Assembly (NCBI GenBank): GCA_964016885.1
Contig: OZ024749.1
Location: 47,554,001-47,618,000, forward strand
DNA: 64,000 nucleotides
DNA from: Eledone cirrhosa
Taxonomy: Eukaryota
Reading direction: 5' to 3'
Shown piece by piece: positions 27,125-42,591 of this stretch. Under the pieces are notes generated by a model. That model was not told the origin of the DNA. It worked only from the letters and a program-made list of their open reading frames with translations, and made no database searches. Numbering within the stretch: the stretch's first letter is position 1; each line of letters begins with the position of its first letter. Both the position numbers and the translations under genes were made by a program.

Positions 27125-27741
27125 TAAACGGAATAGAAAATGCTGACAAATTGTTCACAGTTGAAAAATGGTTTAATTAGGAATAAAAGAGTATTAGTGA
27201 TTGTATGGGTTAGTATTCAGTTGTGGTTTTAAGTTTTTAAGTATTTACCGGTTGCGCATTTCTAAATGCTTTTCAAAAATAATTTTGAGATAGAGTGTCC
27301 GTGCTGTTTGCTCTGATCTGATTAGTTTTGGGAATTCTACCTGTTTTTATGTTAAAAAAGTGGCTCCAGCGTTACTTTGGTGTTGCAAAAATTCTTGTGG
27401 TCAAAACAATTTTGATTGGTCGGTAGATGTCATGTGAATGTAAAAAATTGATTTTGCGCCAAGACTGGTTTTATGTTAAAAAAGTGGCTCCAGCGTTATT
27501 TGGTGTTTGCAAAAATTCTTGTGGTCAAAACAATTTTGATTGGTCGGTAGAGGTCATGTGAATAAAAAATTGGTTTTGCGCCAAGATTGAGAAATGACTA
27601 AAAACTTAAAAACGTAAAAACTTAAAAACTTAAAACCACAACTGAATACTAATCCATACAATCACTAATACTCTTTTATTCCTAATTAAACCATTTTTCA
27701 ACTGTGAACAATTTGTCAGCATTTTCTATTCCGTTTACCAA
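27121..27741. mobile_element. Fold-back element (about 120-bp near-perfect inverted arms) with internal 124-bp tandem duplication
   Basis: ttggtaaacggaatagaaaatgctgac... versus ...gtcagcattttctattccgtttaccaa; duplicated unit starts at 27345 and 27469; related copies 30900-31275 and 41822-42041. Confidence 0.85.
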
Positions 27742-27784
27742 TATATAATAAGTTGTGTGTTACACCTCTATTCTTTTAACTATA

Positions 27785-27857
<73 letters not shown>

Positions 27858-29369
27858 AATAGGATGGGGGGGAACTTCTACTACTTCACTTAGAGTTTAA
27901 ATTTAACATTGAACTGATTGGTTCATATATCCATAAAATTAACCTGCAAGCTAAAATGACTCGTGATTGTAGGTCCCTTAAATCACAGCCTGTGTCGTGT
28001 GAGGTTATCCAGACGACAACTGGCACGGTTTTTGCAGATTCAGTGAGGAGTTAACGTCAAATAATGGAATGTTTGTTCGTCGCCATATGTGTTGCTATAA
28101 ATAGATTGAATGAAGTTTTAAAACCATGTTACCTTTCGCTTTATTACAATATCATATATGGTTTGTATTATTCTGCGGGTTACAGTTTGTCATTTAATCA
28201 ACTCCTAGCTAGACTTTCCGGTGTAACTGTATGTAGACCAAAATAAAATATATTTTGCATGATATTGTAGAGTTTCTTTAAAACAATTTCATTTCAGCAG
28301 CTTTTTAACGATACTTAATTGGTGTTTCGATTCCCTAATTTAGGCTGACTCTAATCATAGTTAGTAAGTCTAAGTTGATGTTTCACCAGAGTGAGCTAAT
28401 CGTTTGCTACCTTTAAAGAACTTCCATATATTTTATTTTTTTTTGCTGTATCGTCTTACCTATGTGCAACTCATTTTCATATATATATATTTTTCAAATA
28501 TATATATATATATATATATATATTTAAAAATGCGTTCCTTAAAACATCTACATATATATGTGCGTGTGTGTGTGTGTGCGTGTGTGCATGTGTGTGTATG
28601 TGTGGGTATGTGTGTGTGTCTGTATAAATAACATTTAATATCCCCTGTGTATAACCTCGATCCGTTTACATATTAGTGTTGTATTTAAGTGTAAGATTTT
28701 ACAGCACTTCTTTTATTGTTACATCTGATATCATTATGTTTTAAGTGAAAGCTATATTCGGAAGGCAGAATATGATGTGGATAATTGTATATTTTTTATA
28801 GCTCTTTTCACTTATTCTGTAACGTCCACTTGTTCACTCCTTATCTGCATGTCTCTCCCATTCTACAGACTACCTATCCTTCTTATTCATTATGTATATT
28901 TCCTTTGTGACGTTTGTCTATCACAATAAACCTGTCTATAAGACTATCGCTAAATATTCTATTCAGATATTTGTAAATACACTTTATTCCCCTTACCATT
29001 CTTTAGACCATTCTTCATTTGAATATTACTACGAACTTGCAGATGTTACTCCATGAATCTCGTCAATTGATATTACTTTTTTTTTCTTATAATCATTGAT
29101 ATCATTATTTTTCTTTTGCGTACGTTTTTGTTTATATTCATATCAGTGGGACGGTGATATATTTCGTATCATACACAAATACAGACGCGTTTAATGTGTT
29201 GTAAGTATATGTAAATATAGGCATGGAAGTGTGTGTACGTGTGTGCGAGTATGGTTATGTGTGCGCGTCTATGCTTTCGTATTCTGTGTTTTGTGAGTCT
29301 TTGAACTTTCAGGAAAAATCCGATTCGTTTGGTATTTCAATTACTATACTCCCTTTGGTGTTTTTTCCT

Positions 29370-29438
<69 letters not shown>

Positions 29439-29439
29439 A

Positions 29440-29500
<61 letters not shown>

Positions 29501-29550
29501 GTTGTATTTGTGTGTTTGCATGTGTGTCTGTATATATATATATATATATT

Positions 29551-29584
<34 letters not shown>

Positions 29585-29606
29585 GAGAGAGAGGGGAAAA
29601 GAGACC

Positions 29607-29651
<45 letters not shown>

Positions 29652-29679
29652 TGTAATAAACAACATAAGGCAATTATAC

Positions 29680-29734
29680 CATTTACCAGTGGTTTCTTAA
29701 AAGTAAAAAAGTTTTGCTTTCAATCACCAGAATG
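29680..29734 (-). ncRNA. Type I hammerhead motif with A6G mutation inside a short inverted-end element (29646-29761)
   Basis: Minus strand catt-CTGGTGA-ttgaaag...cttttaa-GAAA-ccactgg-TA-aatg; element ends tagttatgtaataaacaa / ttgtttattacataacta. Confidence 0.6.
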
Positions 29735-30015
29735 AGAAATTCCTTGTTTATTACATAACTATTAAGCTATGTTACCTACATAGAGCACTCTTTTTTCCTG
29801 GACTTTACCGACGGAATTACTTCATTTACACATATATATACATATATATATATTTGATATATCTCATATGAAATGATGCAGCCAATTTTCCACACAATAC
29901 AATTGGTTAGCACCCCCAACGTTTAATTATGATTATACTCAGGAATTTCCTAATGTTTGTTGAGTGAGTTGGATTTATTTGGCGGGAGTATCGCTATTAG
30001 GTTTCTCCGATTGTG

Positions 30016-30087
<72 letters not shown>

Positions 30088-30151
30088 GACACACATCCGC
30101 ACCCACAAATACAACACACACATACACACACACACATACACACACACACAT

Positions 30152-30224
<73 letters not shown>

Positions 30225-30357
30225 GAATTTGTATTTAATTTGTTGGAATTTCGACAAACATCAATGCTTATAACTGATTTAGAGCCCCCAACAGTTTTGT
30301 GGAGGAAATATTCCAAGATATTAAATAAATATAAACTATATTGATAAAACCATATTT

Positions 30358-30420
30358 ATTTTATTATATATATTTCAAGGTCTACCAAGGCAACATCGGT
30401 GCGCTTTCGTCAGATACAAT
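30358..30420 (-). ncRNA. Type I hammerhead, family A, intact core
   Basis: Minus strand attgtat-CTGACGA-aagcgcaccga tgttgcc ttggtagacctt-GAAA-tatata-TA-ataaaat. Confidence 0.78.
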
Positions 30421-30675
30421 TCAAAGTGTGTTTTATAAATAAAAACATATCCATGATAATCAAACTTATCGATCGGAAATTTACTTGATAGTGGAAACAT
30501 ATTAATGTTTCCACTATCATAGTTATGTGTGAATATGCAAATGAATGTGTAAATAATTGGAAAAACAACCGTTTATTTAAAAAATATGTTTCAACATGTT
30601 AACGCAACAGACACGTAGACACACATTCCAACTGACCGATTCATTTCCATTATCACAATAATCATCCACTTTGCT

Positions 30676-30817
<142 letters not shown>

Positions 30818-30899
30818 TTATATTAATAGTCACCTGAACTGTTGACCTCTCAACGTGACTGCAACTCAATCAAGTGCAAAAGGACACTCTTCGACAAAC

Positions 30900-31275
30900 C
30901 TACATTTGGCGCGAAACCAGTTCGCGCTAAAATCAATTTAAACATCTACGTGACTTCTACCGACCAATATTGACTACAAGAATGTTTGCAACACGAATTG
31001 GCGCGATAGTGACATTCACGTGACATTCAACAACCAACCAAGTGTTAATACCTCCCAAGCCACTTTTTCACATAAAACAGGAAGAATTTCCAAAACTGAT
31101 CAGATTAGAGCAAAAATCAAGGGCACTCTATCTCAAAATTATTTTTCAAAAGCATAAGAAATGCGCAACCGGTAAACATTTTAAACTAAAACTTAATACT
31201 AACTTATACTTATTCCTAATTAAACTATTTTTCACTGGGAAAAATTTGTCACCATTTTATTTTCCTTTTTACTAA
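30900..31275 (+). mobile_element. Copy of the 27121-27741 repeat family ending in (TA)n
   Basis: ctctatctcaaaattatttttcaaaagcataagaaatgcgcaaccggtaaa...ttcctaattaaactatttttcactg shared with 27150-27300 (inverted) and 41870-42040. Confidence 0.8.
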
Positions 31276-32584
31276 TATATATATATATATATATATATTC
31301 TGCGAGAAGAGAGATACAGGGGGAGAGTAGTAGAGAGTGGCAGAATTTGTATGCGTTTACTTTTCAATGAGTGTTTGCATGTGTCTGTTGACATATCAGC
31401 ATATGTATGTATATGCGTGTGTATATGAGTATATGTACGTGTGTGCCTGAGGATGCTTATTTATTCAATATTCTAGACTGTCTTTGTATGGATCAACAAG
31501 TCTATATTAAAAATATAGTTTCTCTAGAACTGTGTTTTATAATAGATTATTGATGGTAGTGAGAGAGATACGGTATCTTGGTAACAGAAAATAAGAATAA
31601 AAACTGCAGGGATATATTCTATTGATATTCACTTCCCCACATTAACTTCTTTCTGGGAGAAATGTTATCAGCTTTCCGCTCTTTTATGTATCATGTTACT
31701 TTTTATGTTTTCCTCAAATTGAAGTGATATTGGGACACATATGTTTTTTTTTTTCTTTTTCCTTGGAATATTCTTATTTCAGTATAAACATTTCCTCATC
31801 CAGAATTACGCATTGTATTACTTTCCTTGTTTTATATGTCCATTACATTTTCTGATATGTTCAAAAGTATCGAAAACACAAACCTATATGTATTGTTCTT
31901 TTGCCTCTAGTCTTCTCACTTTCTTTCACATTCATAGCTGTGTCACAATCGCTTTGTTGCATCTGATTTATTTTTTGACCAGAACCAAATAGGGCTATTA
32001 TTGTTGAACAAACGAATGAAAGATGGATATCGCTACTCACATATATTAGTAATTATTTGACGCAATGCATCTAGAAGCATGTGTTATCCAATATTTGGTA
32101 CTTTTTTTATCCTGTGAGGAGATAATTTCAGAGGTATGTCATATATATAACTCTGTATAGTTCATTCTTATTCAGCTGTAATGATTTGTGGTGTAATGTA
32201 CTGTAGATATGATGGGATTTCTAGAAACCTGAGATGGAATTGTCAGTACCTAAATATGATTGCTTCATATAACATTATATATATGGTGTTTTAACGCCAT
32301 TAATTAATACTTCATTCCGTATTGGTCTTCACTATGAAAATAAATATATCGTACTTGTAAACGAGATAAAATAAGCATAATATTTATTTGATAACAAACA
32401 TATATCTAGATTAAATATCTGTATGTCTGAGAGATGTGAATTAGATCCCTGTCAGTTATGAGACCGTGTCATATCAAGCACAGATATTACATGATATACT
32501 GGCTGAGAATATATGTGTAAATATTCGAATACTACCAGAATGTTCAGAATTATATAATGTCAATGTCTACATTGTTAATGCTTA

Positions 32585-32745
32585 TTTGTCCTCCTCGTCC
32601 TGCCGCGAACAGAACAGAAAAGGCGGTTCCTCGGAGGATGGTTATGGAAACGTGTTGGAAATGTAGCGAGACTCAGACCTGTGAGGCAATGCTGTATCGA
32701 TGGTGGCCTCTCCGGCCAAGAACACCAAAGTTTCCACTGCTACAT
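32585..32745 (-). pseudogene. CRE-clade non-LTR retrotransposon restriction-like endonuclease C-terminus relic
   Basis: Minus strand VAVET/FGVLG...EA...ESRY/FQHVSITILRGTAFSVL with frameshifts, matching the CRE terminal motif P.AVET.G..G..A...FL.QRLSIAIQRGNAASVL. Confidence 0.7.
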
Positions 32746-33866
32746 GCTTCAACACAAACATGTCAATAGAGTATGACTTCTATATTTCTATCATGTGATC
32801 AGAATATTGACATAGGGCGTCAGATCATTCACATCATTGTATCCGGAGAGTGTTAGATTGTCAGAAAATATATAGCAGTATTTGTCCCACATTGAACAAT
32901 TTTTTTTTCATCCTGATTAGATATACGAAATGAAGTACCAGCCAGCCATGTGCTAGATTTGACTGCATCGAGGTTCTCTCCCCATTTATTGCGGTTGTTA
33001 ATAATAAAATATGAATCATTATGTAAACGGATATTACATGTTCATTATTTGGGAAACGTAAATATTTCGACACATATGTTGATTTGTATATGCTCAGGGA
33101 TTAGAAGCAAAAGCTCTTATATAAATGGTAGTTGTAAGAAGCAAGGGCTTGTTTTATTTCCTATTCAGATAATCTTATTAAACAACATTGTTATTTTTTT
33201 TTAAATAATAATAAATCTCCTTTGTAAACGCAAGCAATACACATATATATATATAAGTGTTCTGAAAATCAGTTAAGAATGGAAAGATGGAATGTTGTTA
33301 TGAGGGATTCTGTAAATATTCTAAAATATTGATTTGTTATCAGATTGCTTTTCAATATATTTAGATGTGTCTACTAGATAGAACAATTGCTTACCTTGTA
33401 AATAGACTTGTAAATATGCCTAGATGCTTCAATATCTATCACATATATCTGGAATATCAACACCATTGCACTAACTATTCATACTCCACATACTGAACAG
33501 ACAGGTTAAATTACATACATCTGCATATTCACTCACAATCGCGTAGCGATGCACACGTCCGCACACACAAAGGCACATACATACATATATAATATATATA
33601 TATACATATAGTTAAAGTGTGAAAGAATGAGACAAGATTTATTGCGACCATTTAAGGGGGTATATTTTGAAGGCGCAGCAAATAGATAACAGTGTTACAT
33701 CATATACTGTTATCTTCAGAAAAATAGTCATGTTTCTTGTATAAGCATGTGCGTATATGAAATCCACATTTTAATCCAATACACTTGTTATATATCCTTC
33801 ATCTGTATACTGTAGGCTGACAAAAATCCATATATATAGTGAAACTAAAAACAATATCATTTGCAC

Positions 33867-33962
33867 TGCCTCTCTGGTTTTTGTTCTCTGTTCATTTATT
33901 AAACTATACATATATATATATATAGTTTAATAAATGAACAGAGAGCAAAAAACAGAGAGGCA
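33867..33962. repeat. Inverted repeat (about 40-bp arms) around a TA spacer
   Basis: tgcctctctggtttttgttctctgttcatttattaaacta / tagtttaataaatgaacagagagcaaaaaacagagaggca. Confidence 0.85.
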
Positions 33963-34030
<68 letters not shown>

Positions 34031-34180
34031 AATTAGAATACTAGAGTGTGTTGGAGTTAAACACCCTCTTCATATTATAGAAATGACAGTATAGGATATA
34101 GCTCAATGTAATTAAACAGAGCCGAAGAAATTATAAAAAATAAACCAAAGAAGCCTTCAATACATCAAAGGTCTTTGTTA

Positions 34181-34218
34181 GCCAACAATGTTTCGTCCTT
34201 TTAAGGACTCATCAGGGC
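34181..34218 (-). ncRNA. Canonical minimal type I hammerhead motif
   Basis: Minus strand gcc-CTGATGA-gtcct taaa aggac-GAAA-cattg-TT-ggc. Confidence 0.8.
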
Positions 34219-34508
34219 AAGTAAAGCTACAAGAAACGCTATCGGCCAATACAAACCAAACAACTCAGAAGAATATGGAGTATACATCTATTAAAGCTTA
34301 GGAAATATATCAAGGAAAAGTTGTCTAAGATTAAGAGTGAGCAGTTACAAACATAGATGTGGACCAAATAGCAAGGAAGTGATTAACATGTTGAACCCAC
34401 ACTGCAAATATTGTATAATGCAAAAACTTGAAACACAAATGGTAATATAATGCGAGTATAATATAATATAATAGATGGTGATAATAAAAAGCTTAATATA
34501 TGTATATA

Positions 34509-34543
<35 letters not shown>

Positions 34544-35158
34544 GGATCCGGGTAAATATTCAATTATTTTGTCTGACCTGTTTGGCTTGCCTCGTCTTTT
34601 TGGCTTAGGTGGTTGATGGCTTCTTGACCGCCATCTCAGTATGTTTGGGCTTTATAACTTATGCTTATTGCGCTGGTCTTTATTTGGTCCATGGACCGCT
34701 TGCCAACATAACCTGAATATAGCGTTTCGTTTTGTTGTCAACCACAGCCGAAATCCGATCTCACTGAAATTATATTTGTATATATATATATTGTTGAATT
34801 AAATAAAGATATTTAATATTTCTAGCATATTTTAAAGCACATACATTGCTGAAATGGGCAATAACTACAGTTATATTTGTAAAAGAAGAGGTAATCGTGC
34901 ATATTATGTCTTATCTGCCCCAATTCCACCGTTATATATTCTGTAATGCAATATAATCCTACATACATATAGAAAGAGACCACACTACGGTAACATAACT
35001 TATTTGATTTCATGGATTTCCGATGATATAAAATAAGCGATCCTGAACAATAAATGGAAATAAACAACAACGATTAATCGATATATATGATAGACCATGC
35101 TACATAATGGGCAACATGTTCTCTACGGACACAGTAATGCACCCACTACAGGGAACGA

Positions 35159-35279
<121 letters not shown>

Positions 35280-35691
35280 ATATATATATAAAGAAACATT
35301 CACTATTTATATGAATAGAAAACATTCACTATTTTATAATGTTTTCTATTTATATAGCTATATAGTAGAAAATGTTGTTAAGAATGTATGATTTCTTATA
35401 TATTCACCCACCCACACGATTATTAAAGTTGAAATTAATGCGAACAGAAGAGGTGTTCAAGCATTTCTTCTTTAATATACTAATATATCTCTCACGGAGA
35501 ATATATATTTGTACAACTATATATATACATGCATATATGCTTATATACACGTACATAGATACATATATAAACACACATATACACACATAGACACACACGT
35601 AAACACAAACACACACATACAAACACATATACATATATATATATATATGTCTGTGTGTATATGTGTGTTTATATATGTATATATGTACGTG

Positions 35692-35752
<61 letters not shown>

Positions 35753-36678
35753 ACATATATATATATACTAAGTGACTATTTTATTATTGAAAGTTTTGTT
35801 TCCATCTTGTATAAGGAGACATAAATTTTGATAAATCGTTTCAATAGTTCTTGAAAGGTCAATGTTTCTTGTTCCAGAACTTGCTTACATTTCACAATTA
35901 TTAGATCGGTTATTGCCGTGCTTAATAAACTCTACTGCGTAGGTTAGGCTGGCCACAGGCAGTCAACTATTGCCTATTTATTCAAAATATTGGCAATATT
36001 TTGAAAAGTTTTATTTCACAAATGTTTGAAATGCTTCAGAAGTCACTGAAAAAAAAATACATAATATTGTTAAACAGAGGAATGTGTGTATTGTATCAAA
36101 ATTAAAGTAATGTTAGTTTAAATTTTATCGAATAATTGTTAGTATCGTTCTTTTTTGTGGGAGAGATAGAGAGAGAGAAGGAGAGCAAGACGGCGATAGA
36201 AAGGGAATGTGTGGGCATATATCTTGAAATTCAAAAACTATAATATTTTTAATTATATAATTATTTTATAAAATGTAAAATGATACTGACCTAATATAGC
36301 CTTATTTGTTATTGATACATAATGAACGCCACCATACTTAGTTCAGAAATGGCTTTATTTACTAAGGAGACGGTAATCCACAAAGTGTGTAGTATTGCTG
36401 TAATTTGAAAAATATATATCGCAGATAATCTAATATAGCATTCATTCAATTTACTTCATCATTGATGATGGTGAAATCTATGCATCACTAGATTCAACCA
36501 AAAAATTGTGATAAGGTGATTAGTTTTCACATAGCCATAGAGGCAAATTTATTACAAAATGTGTGCCATTCTTGCGTTCATTTTGAAGGGGACTCTTAAC
36601 ACCATTACATAGAATACAATAGAAAAATAATCTGAATGTCATTGTATGTGTTATTCGTCCAAAAATTAATACACACAC

Positions 36679-36758
<80 letters not shown>

Positions 36759-36810
36759 GAGAGGTATAGAGATTGTTTTAGCAAGAAGCTAACGGCATTC
36801 TATATATATT

Positions 36811-37035
36811 TATTTATTAAAAGAACAGATTAATGTTTAAGCAAATACTCGCTGCTTTCACCCTTAACGGGATCTTCTGAAGATTCCGTTAATGCTGAAA
36901 GCAGCGATTCTTTGCTTAAACTTTAATCTGTTATTTTAATAAATATTTGCTCTACGGTTCTTATATATTTGATATATATTTATCCTTATCGAGCCCTCTT
37001 CGGACTTTAGTCTTCAAATTTATTATCATTACTAT
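36811..37035. mobile_element. Family E element, fold-back at 36811-36945, hammerhead-like CAGAAGA motif on the minus strand at 36835-36879
   Basis: Inverted arms; 36920-37035 is nearly identical to 55775-55880. Confidence 0.8.
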
Positions 37036-39345
37036 ATGTATGTATATATATATATATATATATGTCTGCCTTCCTGTTGTGTTCCCGTATAAATTTGCAC
37101 TATATATATATAATATATATATATATATACATATAGGCATTATAACACTCATGATCTCTTATATATCTTTAAAAAGAGACGTTGTTCCATAAAGCACACT
37201 TTAGTAAAAATCGACAACAGGGTATGTGTTGAAATGTACATATATTGGAGCAGGCATTTCCCTACAATATTAGGTTGGACTCTGAAAAATGGATGGCGTT
37301 AGAAATAAGTTTCAATAAGTTCAAATTATACAACAGCAACTATGGTGGTTAAACGTGATAGGCGTTATTATGATTATCTTTATTTTTATGATGAGCATAT
37401 TTCTTCTAACACTCACCATGATTACCTTCATGATATATATCTAACTCATATCCTACACATCTTTACCGCTGTGCACTAAATGGAATTGTGGTGATTGTCA
37501 TCAGTGAACATAGGAATAGACGAACATTGAGAAAATATTAATGAAACATAAAAAAATTAAAACGATGAAGCCAAAAGAAGAAGAATATAAATCAGTAAAA
37601 ATCAATAAATGAAAAAAATAGAAATAAATGAAAGAAAGCGAGTACAGCGTTTTTTTTTTAATCTGAAAGAGGAAGAATTAAAATTCTGCTAGTGATTGTT
37701 TAATAAAAACAGAAGCTAAAATGTTTGCTTCACTGGAGAGAAAAGTTGAACGTGTTATTTGTTGTGAATGTACTAAATTCAAATCTTGAATAGGGAGAAG
37801 AAATTCAAAAACAGATTTTCGAAATTTTATTTTTTTTTTGTATTTTCTTTTAATTTTAACGTCAAAAGTTCATCCCGGATTTTTCATAATTGATATGATT
37901 GTTAAGAAAAACTACCAAATGAAAATAAGAAGAAAATGAAAAATGTAATTATAAATGTATAATAATGTGTTTGGAAATAAACAGGGAAATTGAATTAAAG
38001 ATTTAACATAACCATAGAAAAACCTCACTAATCTAGAAGCGATGAGGTGAGACTATTCTATTTCTTTCGATGAAGATGATGAATACAAATGAGATGGATT
38101 TATTAAATGCACTGAAATGTATTTATAGTAATATAAATATACAGAACTAGTTTTTCGTTTTTGATGGTCTGGAATCAAATTATCTTTGAATAAAGTGGCA
38201 CCACTCCGCTTCTTCTATTAAGTTACATATTCGCAAAATGTATGAAGAATAAATATGCTTATATAATATTCTCGTAAGAAATTATTAGATAGCAACATTT
38301 TATTTTATTTAAATAATCAAACATAAGTTAGAATGTCCATTCATATATTAAAATGAATACATAGGGTAGTATTTACTGAATATTCGAATTAATGTTTTCA
38401 TCATCTCTCTGTATTCGATGACAATAAGGCTCGACTTCCCTGTTTCCATTTCCTTGACATCGTCTAATTATTTTGAGTTCCTGATATATCTCAAATTACA
38501 TTGTTCCGTATAGACATGATTGTTATCCAATAAATTGTACTCGCATCAATATACATAAAAACACATTTAAACTAAGACTATCAGTGCAGGAATTTAAGAT
38601 CTAATTATTTGGATGCATCACGTGATAAACGCAGCTAAATATTTCCTGTTGATACTATGTTGTTCATTACCTAGCGTGACGTCGAATACTTTCAGTGAAA
38701 CATTTTATTCCGAGTAAAAGTAATTAAAACGTATACAACTATAGATGATGTATGTTTTTTTGCTCCTGTCATCTCTGACTTATACTTTCTGAAAACAAAT
38801 AATGATTATATTTGGATAGATATTCAATATTAGACTAGAACAATATTTTCTCATTCAATAACTATTGCATTATTAGCAAAATGTCGAAATACGCCAACAA
38901 AACATAATAGTTTATAGAGAATAAAACATAATAGTTTTATCCAGAGATCGAACCTGAATATCGGATGAGGAAATCAACGGTGTGGAATTATTAAATATAA
39001 AAGCAAGGTTTACAAGTTCAGTCTTGCTATAGTAAATATGATTAGAATCTGACAACACTGGTGTATCCAATGAAGAGCCGTAAAATGTGTTTAGTGTTGC
39101 ACACACACACACATACACTCACACACATACATACACACACAAGCAAACACACACGCACACACACAAACACCCACACAAACTAAGTAAGAGTAACATTGGA
39201 AAGGAAGACGTAACAGAAGCTGACAGCAGACGGAGGACGGCAACGTATGTAGGAAAGCTCTGCTCGAGAAGTCATGACACCCCAAAAGGAAGCGCGAGAA
39301 CGTGGCAAACATGGTGATTATCATAAATTACATTATATGATACGT

Positions 39346-39971
<626 letters not shown>

Positions 39972-40073
39972 AGCTCTGATTATTTAATTTATTAACTCTT
40001 CATTTAGCCCAAAAATGACCCGTTGCAAAACACATATATATCTATGACTTTATATATATATATATGTAAACCG

Positions 40074-40131
<58 letters not shown>

Positions 40132-40737
40132 GTATATATAATGAAGCCACATGCGCTGATTCTGCATTGTTACTTAATAACTTGGGGAAGTCGATGCTGT
40201 GCACTTCATTGCTGTATCAAGTGTGGCCGAAACTCGATTACGGGTATAGATTGAAGCTACCCATTTACGTGTGTTGTATTAAAGTGGATTAACTAGGTGT
40301 CTATACTGGGGAGTTTAATTAAACATTACGCTGAGATGCAACTGGTACTATCAGAAAAATCACCCTTAGGGGTGTTTCTGCTAGCATGTGTAATGTGTAT
40401 ATTGATCTTATACGCATGTATATATACATGTAGATATGACACATCAAATAAAATCGTAATTGACAATATATAATACAAAGAAATTGTACGAAGACTGCGT
40501 TACACTGTCTTATTTAATCAGTAACGTAATCCATGATACATTAAACAAGACGATATTATATATACACTGCATTAGGGGAAAATTAGTGACAGAAAATTAG
40601 TATGTTTATTTAAGCGATGGCCAACTGGAAGTGTTGACATTTCAACAATTTTAAATAATTGAATATTTAAATAAACAAAATATATTTAATTAAAAGCCAC
40701 GAAATTTAGTAGATACATCATGTAATATTCATTCATT

Positions 40738-40897
40738 TTGGCAGTATCGGTAGAGGGTTAGACGCCACGCTTTGCAGCATAGAGTTACGGCCCTTGCCAT
40801 TCTGAGTTCAAATCCCGCCGAGGTTAACTTTGCCTTTCATCCTTATGGGGTCGATAAAATAAAGTACCAGTAATGTACTGGTATAATTGCTGGCCTT
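40738..40897 (+). mobile_element. tRNA-derived SINE, near full length
   Basis: ttggcagtatcggtagagggttagacgcc...gagttcaaatcccgccgaggttaactttgcctttcatccttatggggtcgataaaataaagtaccag. Confidence 0.92.
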
Positions 40898-41549
40898 TAT
40901 TTATTTAAATCAATCCAACTTATTTTACTAATGGGATAAAACATTATAAACCGTACGCAGTCCCGCGTTCCGTATTTATTATAGTTTAGATGTACATGCG
41001 CGTTAAAGTGTCTACTGAATATCTGTATTCATACGACTATAAGTGTGTTGTAAAATATGCTATGCCAGCGAATTTATTTGTCTTACTCCACACATTTTCG
41101 AATACACACACTCCACTAACATACACGCATAGCTAGATAAAATATAGTTGAAATACTTTTTTTCTTAAATTCAAAGTACAATGTGAAGGAGGTTTACTTG
41201 AATATTTGCTCGTCATCATCATTATTTGTCTCAATGTTCTTGGTTTTATGGTATTTTTTAGAAATAAATTTATTGGTAAAGATTTATCAATAATGAACAG
41301 TTCTAGTAGACTTGATGGAAGATGCAGTTGACATCTCAGATTCTATCTCTTGACTGAGTAAAAAAAAAAAAAGCACAATGTCACACACACACTCGCTAGA
41401 ACTACTCATCTTGAAAACGTATTCCAGAACGTATGAAGAAAAAAAAATAGGCAGTTTAAAAGTTCAGAAAGTTAAAGAAAAATGTATGGATTACGTACGG
41501 TTGCAGCTTTAAGTATTGAAGTGCCTATAAAAATATGTGATATATGGTA

Positions 41550-41665
<116 letters not shown>

Positions 41666-41821
41666 AAAAATGAAAGTTCATTTTTCACTCTTAGTACGGC
41701 TGATACTTAAATACAAGTATGTATAGGTACATACATATTTATGTATACAGACGTACAGTAGTGTGTATATACATACATACATGCATACACACACACACAT
41801 ATATATTTATATATATATACA

Positions 41822-42037
41822 ATTTTGAGATAGAGCGTCCGTTATATTTGCTCAGATCAGAGCAAACATCACGGACGCTCTATCTGAAAATTATTTTTGA
41901 AAAGCATTAGAAATGCGCAACCGGTAATACTTAAAACCAAAACTGAATACAAACCAATACTATTACTAATTCTCACTTATTCCTAATTAAACTATTTTTC
42001 ACTGTGAACAATTTGTGAGCCTTTTCTTTTCCGTTCA

Positions 42038-42041
<4 letters not shown>
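41822..42041 (+). mobile_element. Copy of the 27121-27741 family with a short inverted 5' piece
   Basis: attttgagatagagcgtccg...ctcagatcagagcaaacatcacggacgctctatctgaaaat hairpin followed by the shared 3' end. Confidence 0.8.
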
Positions 42042-42078
<37 letters not shown>

Positions 42079-42410
42079 TAGTAGTTGAGATATTTCAAGA
42101 AGATATGAAATATTAATGAAATATTAATCAAATTCCTTCAGGAAAATCCTAAATCCCCATAAAACATGAATAATAAATATGAATAAGGCAAGGGTTTAGG
42201 GCGAATTATACAATGTAAATTATTACCTACGTTTCAACAAATCATAAAAAATATATTTTATTTTCTAACCCTTTCACTCAGATACACTAACCTTGAATTA
42301 AAAGAATATACAGGGATTATTCAAAAAACAATAAATATTAAGGAAAATATGACATCCTATTATCTAAATTGGTGGTATTTTTTAACCAGAGAAAACATTG
42401 AGATTGTCTA

Positions 42411-42492
<82 letters not shown>

Positions 42493-42591
42493 GTATATAT
42501 AACGAAGGAAATGTGGTAAGGAACCAGGTGGACCATAACGCACCAAAGTACTCAATACTTAGGGTAGTAGACTTTGACCATATATGGAATT

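Noticed and set aside
27345-27587. CRISPR-like or regularly spaced repeat array
   Set aside because: It is a simple two-unit tandem duplication without unique spacers, in a eukaryotic context.
32557-32776. Plus-strand ORFs, including a neuropeptide-like frame (KRRFLGGWLWKR...)
   Set aside because: There is no signal peptide or splice support, and the antisense CRE retrotransposon relic explains the region better.
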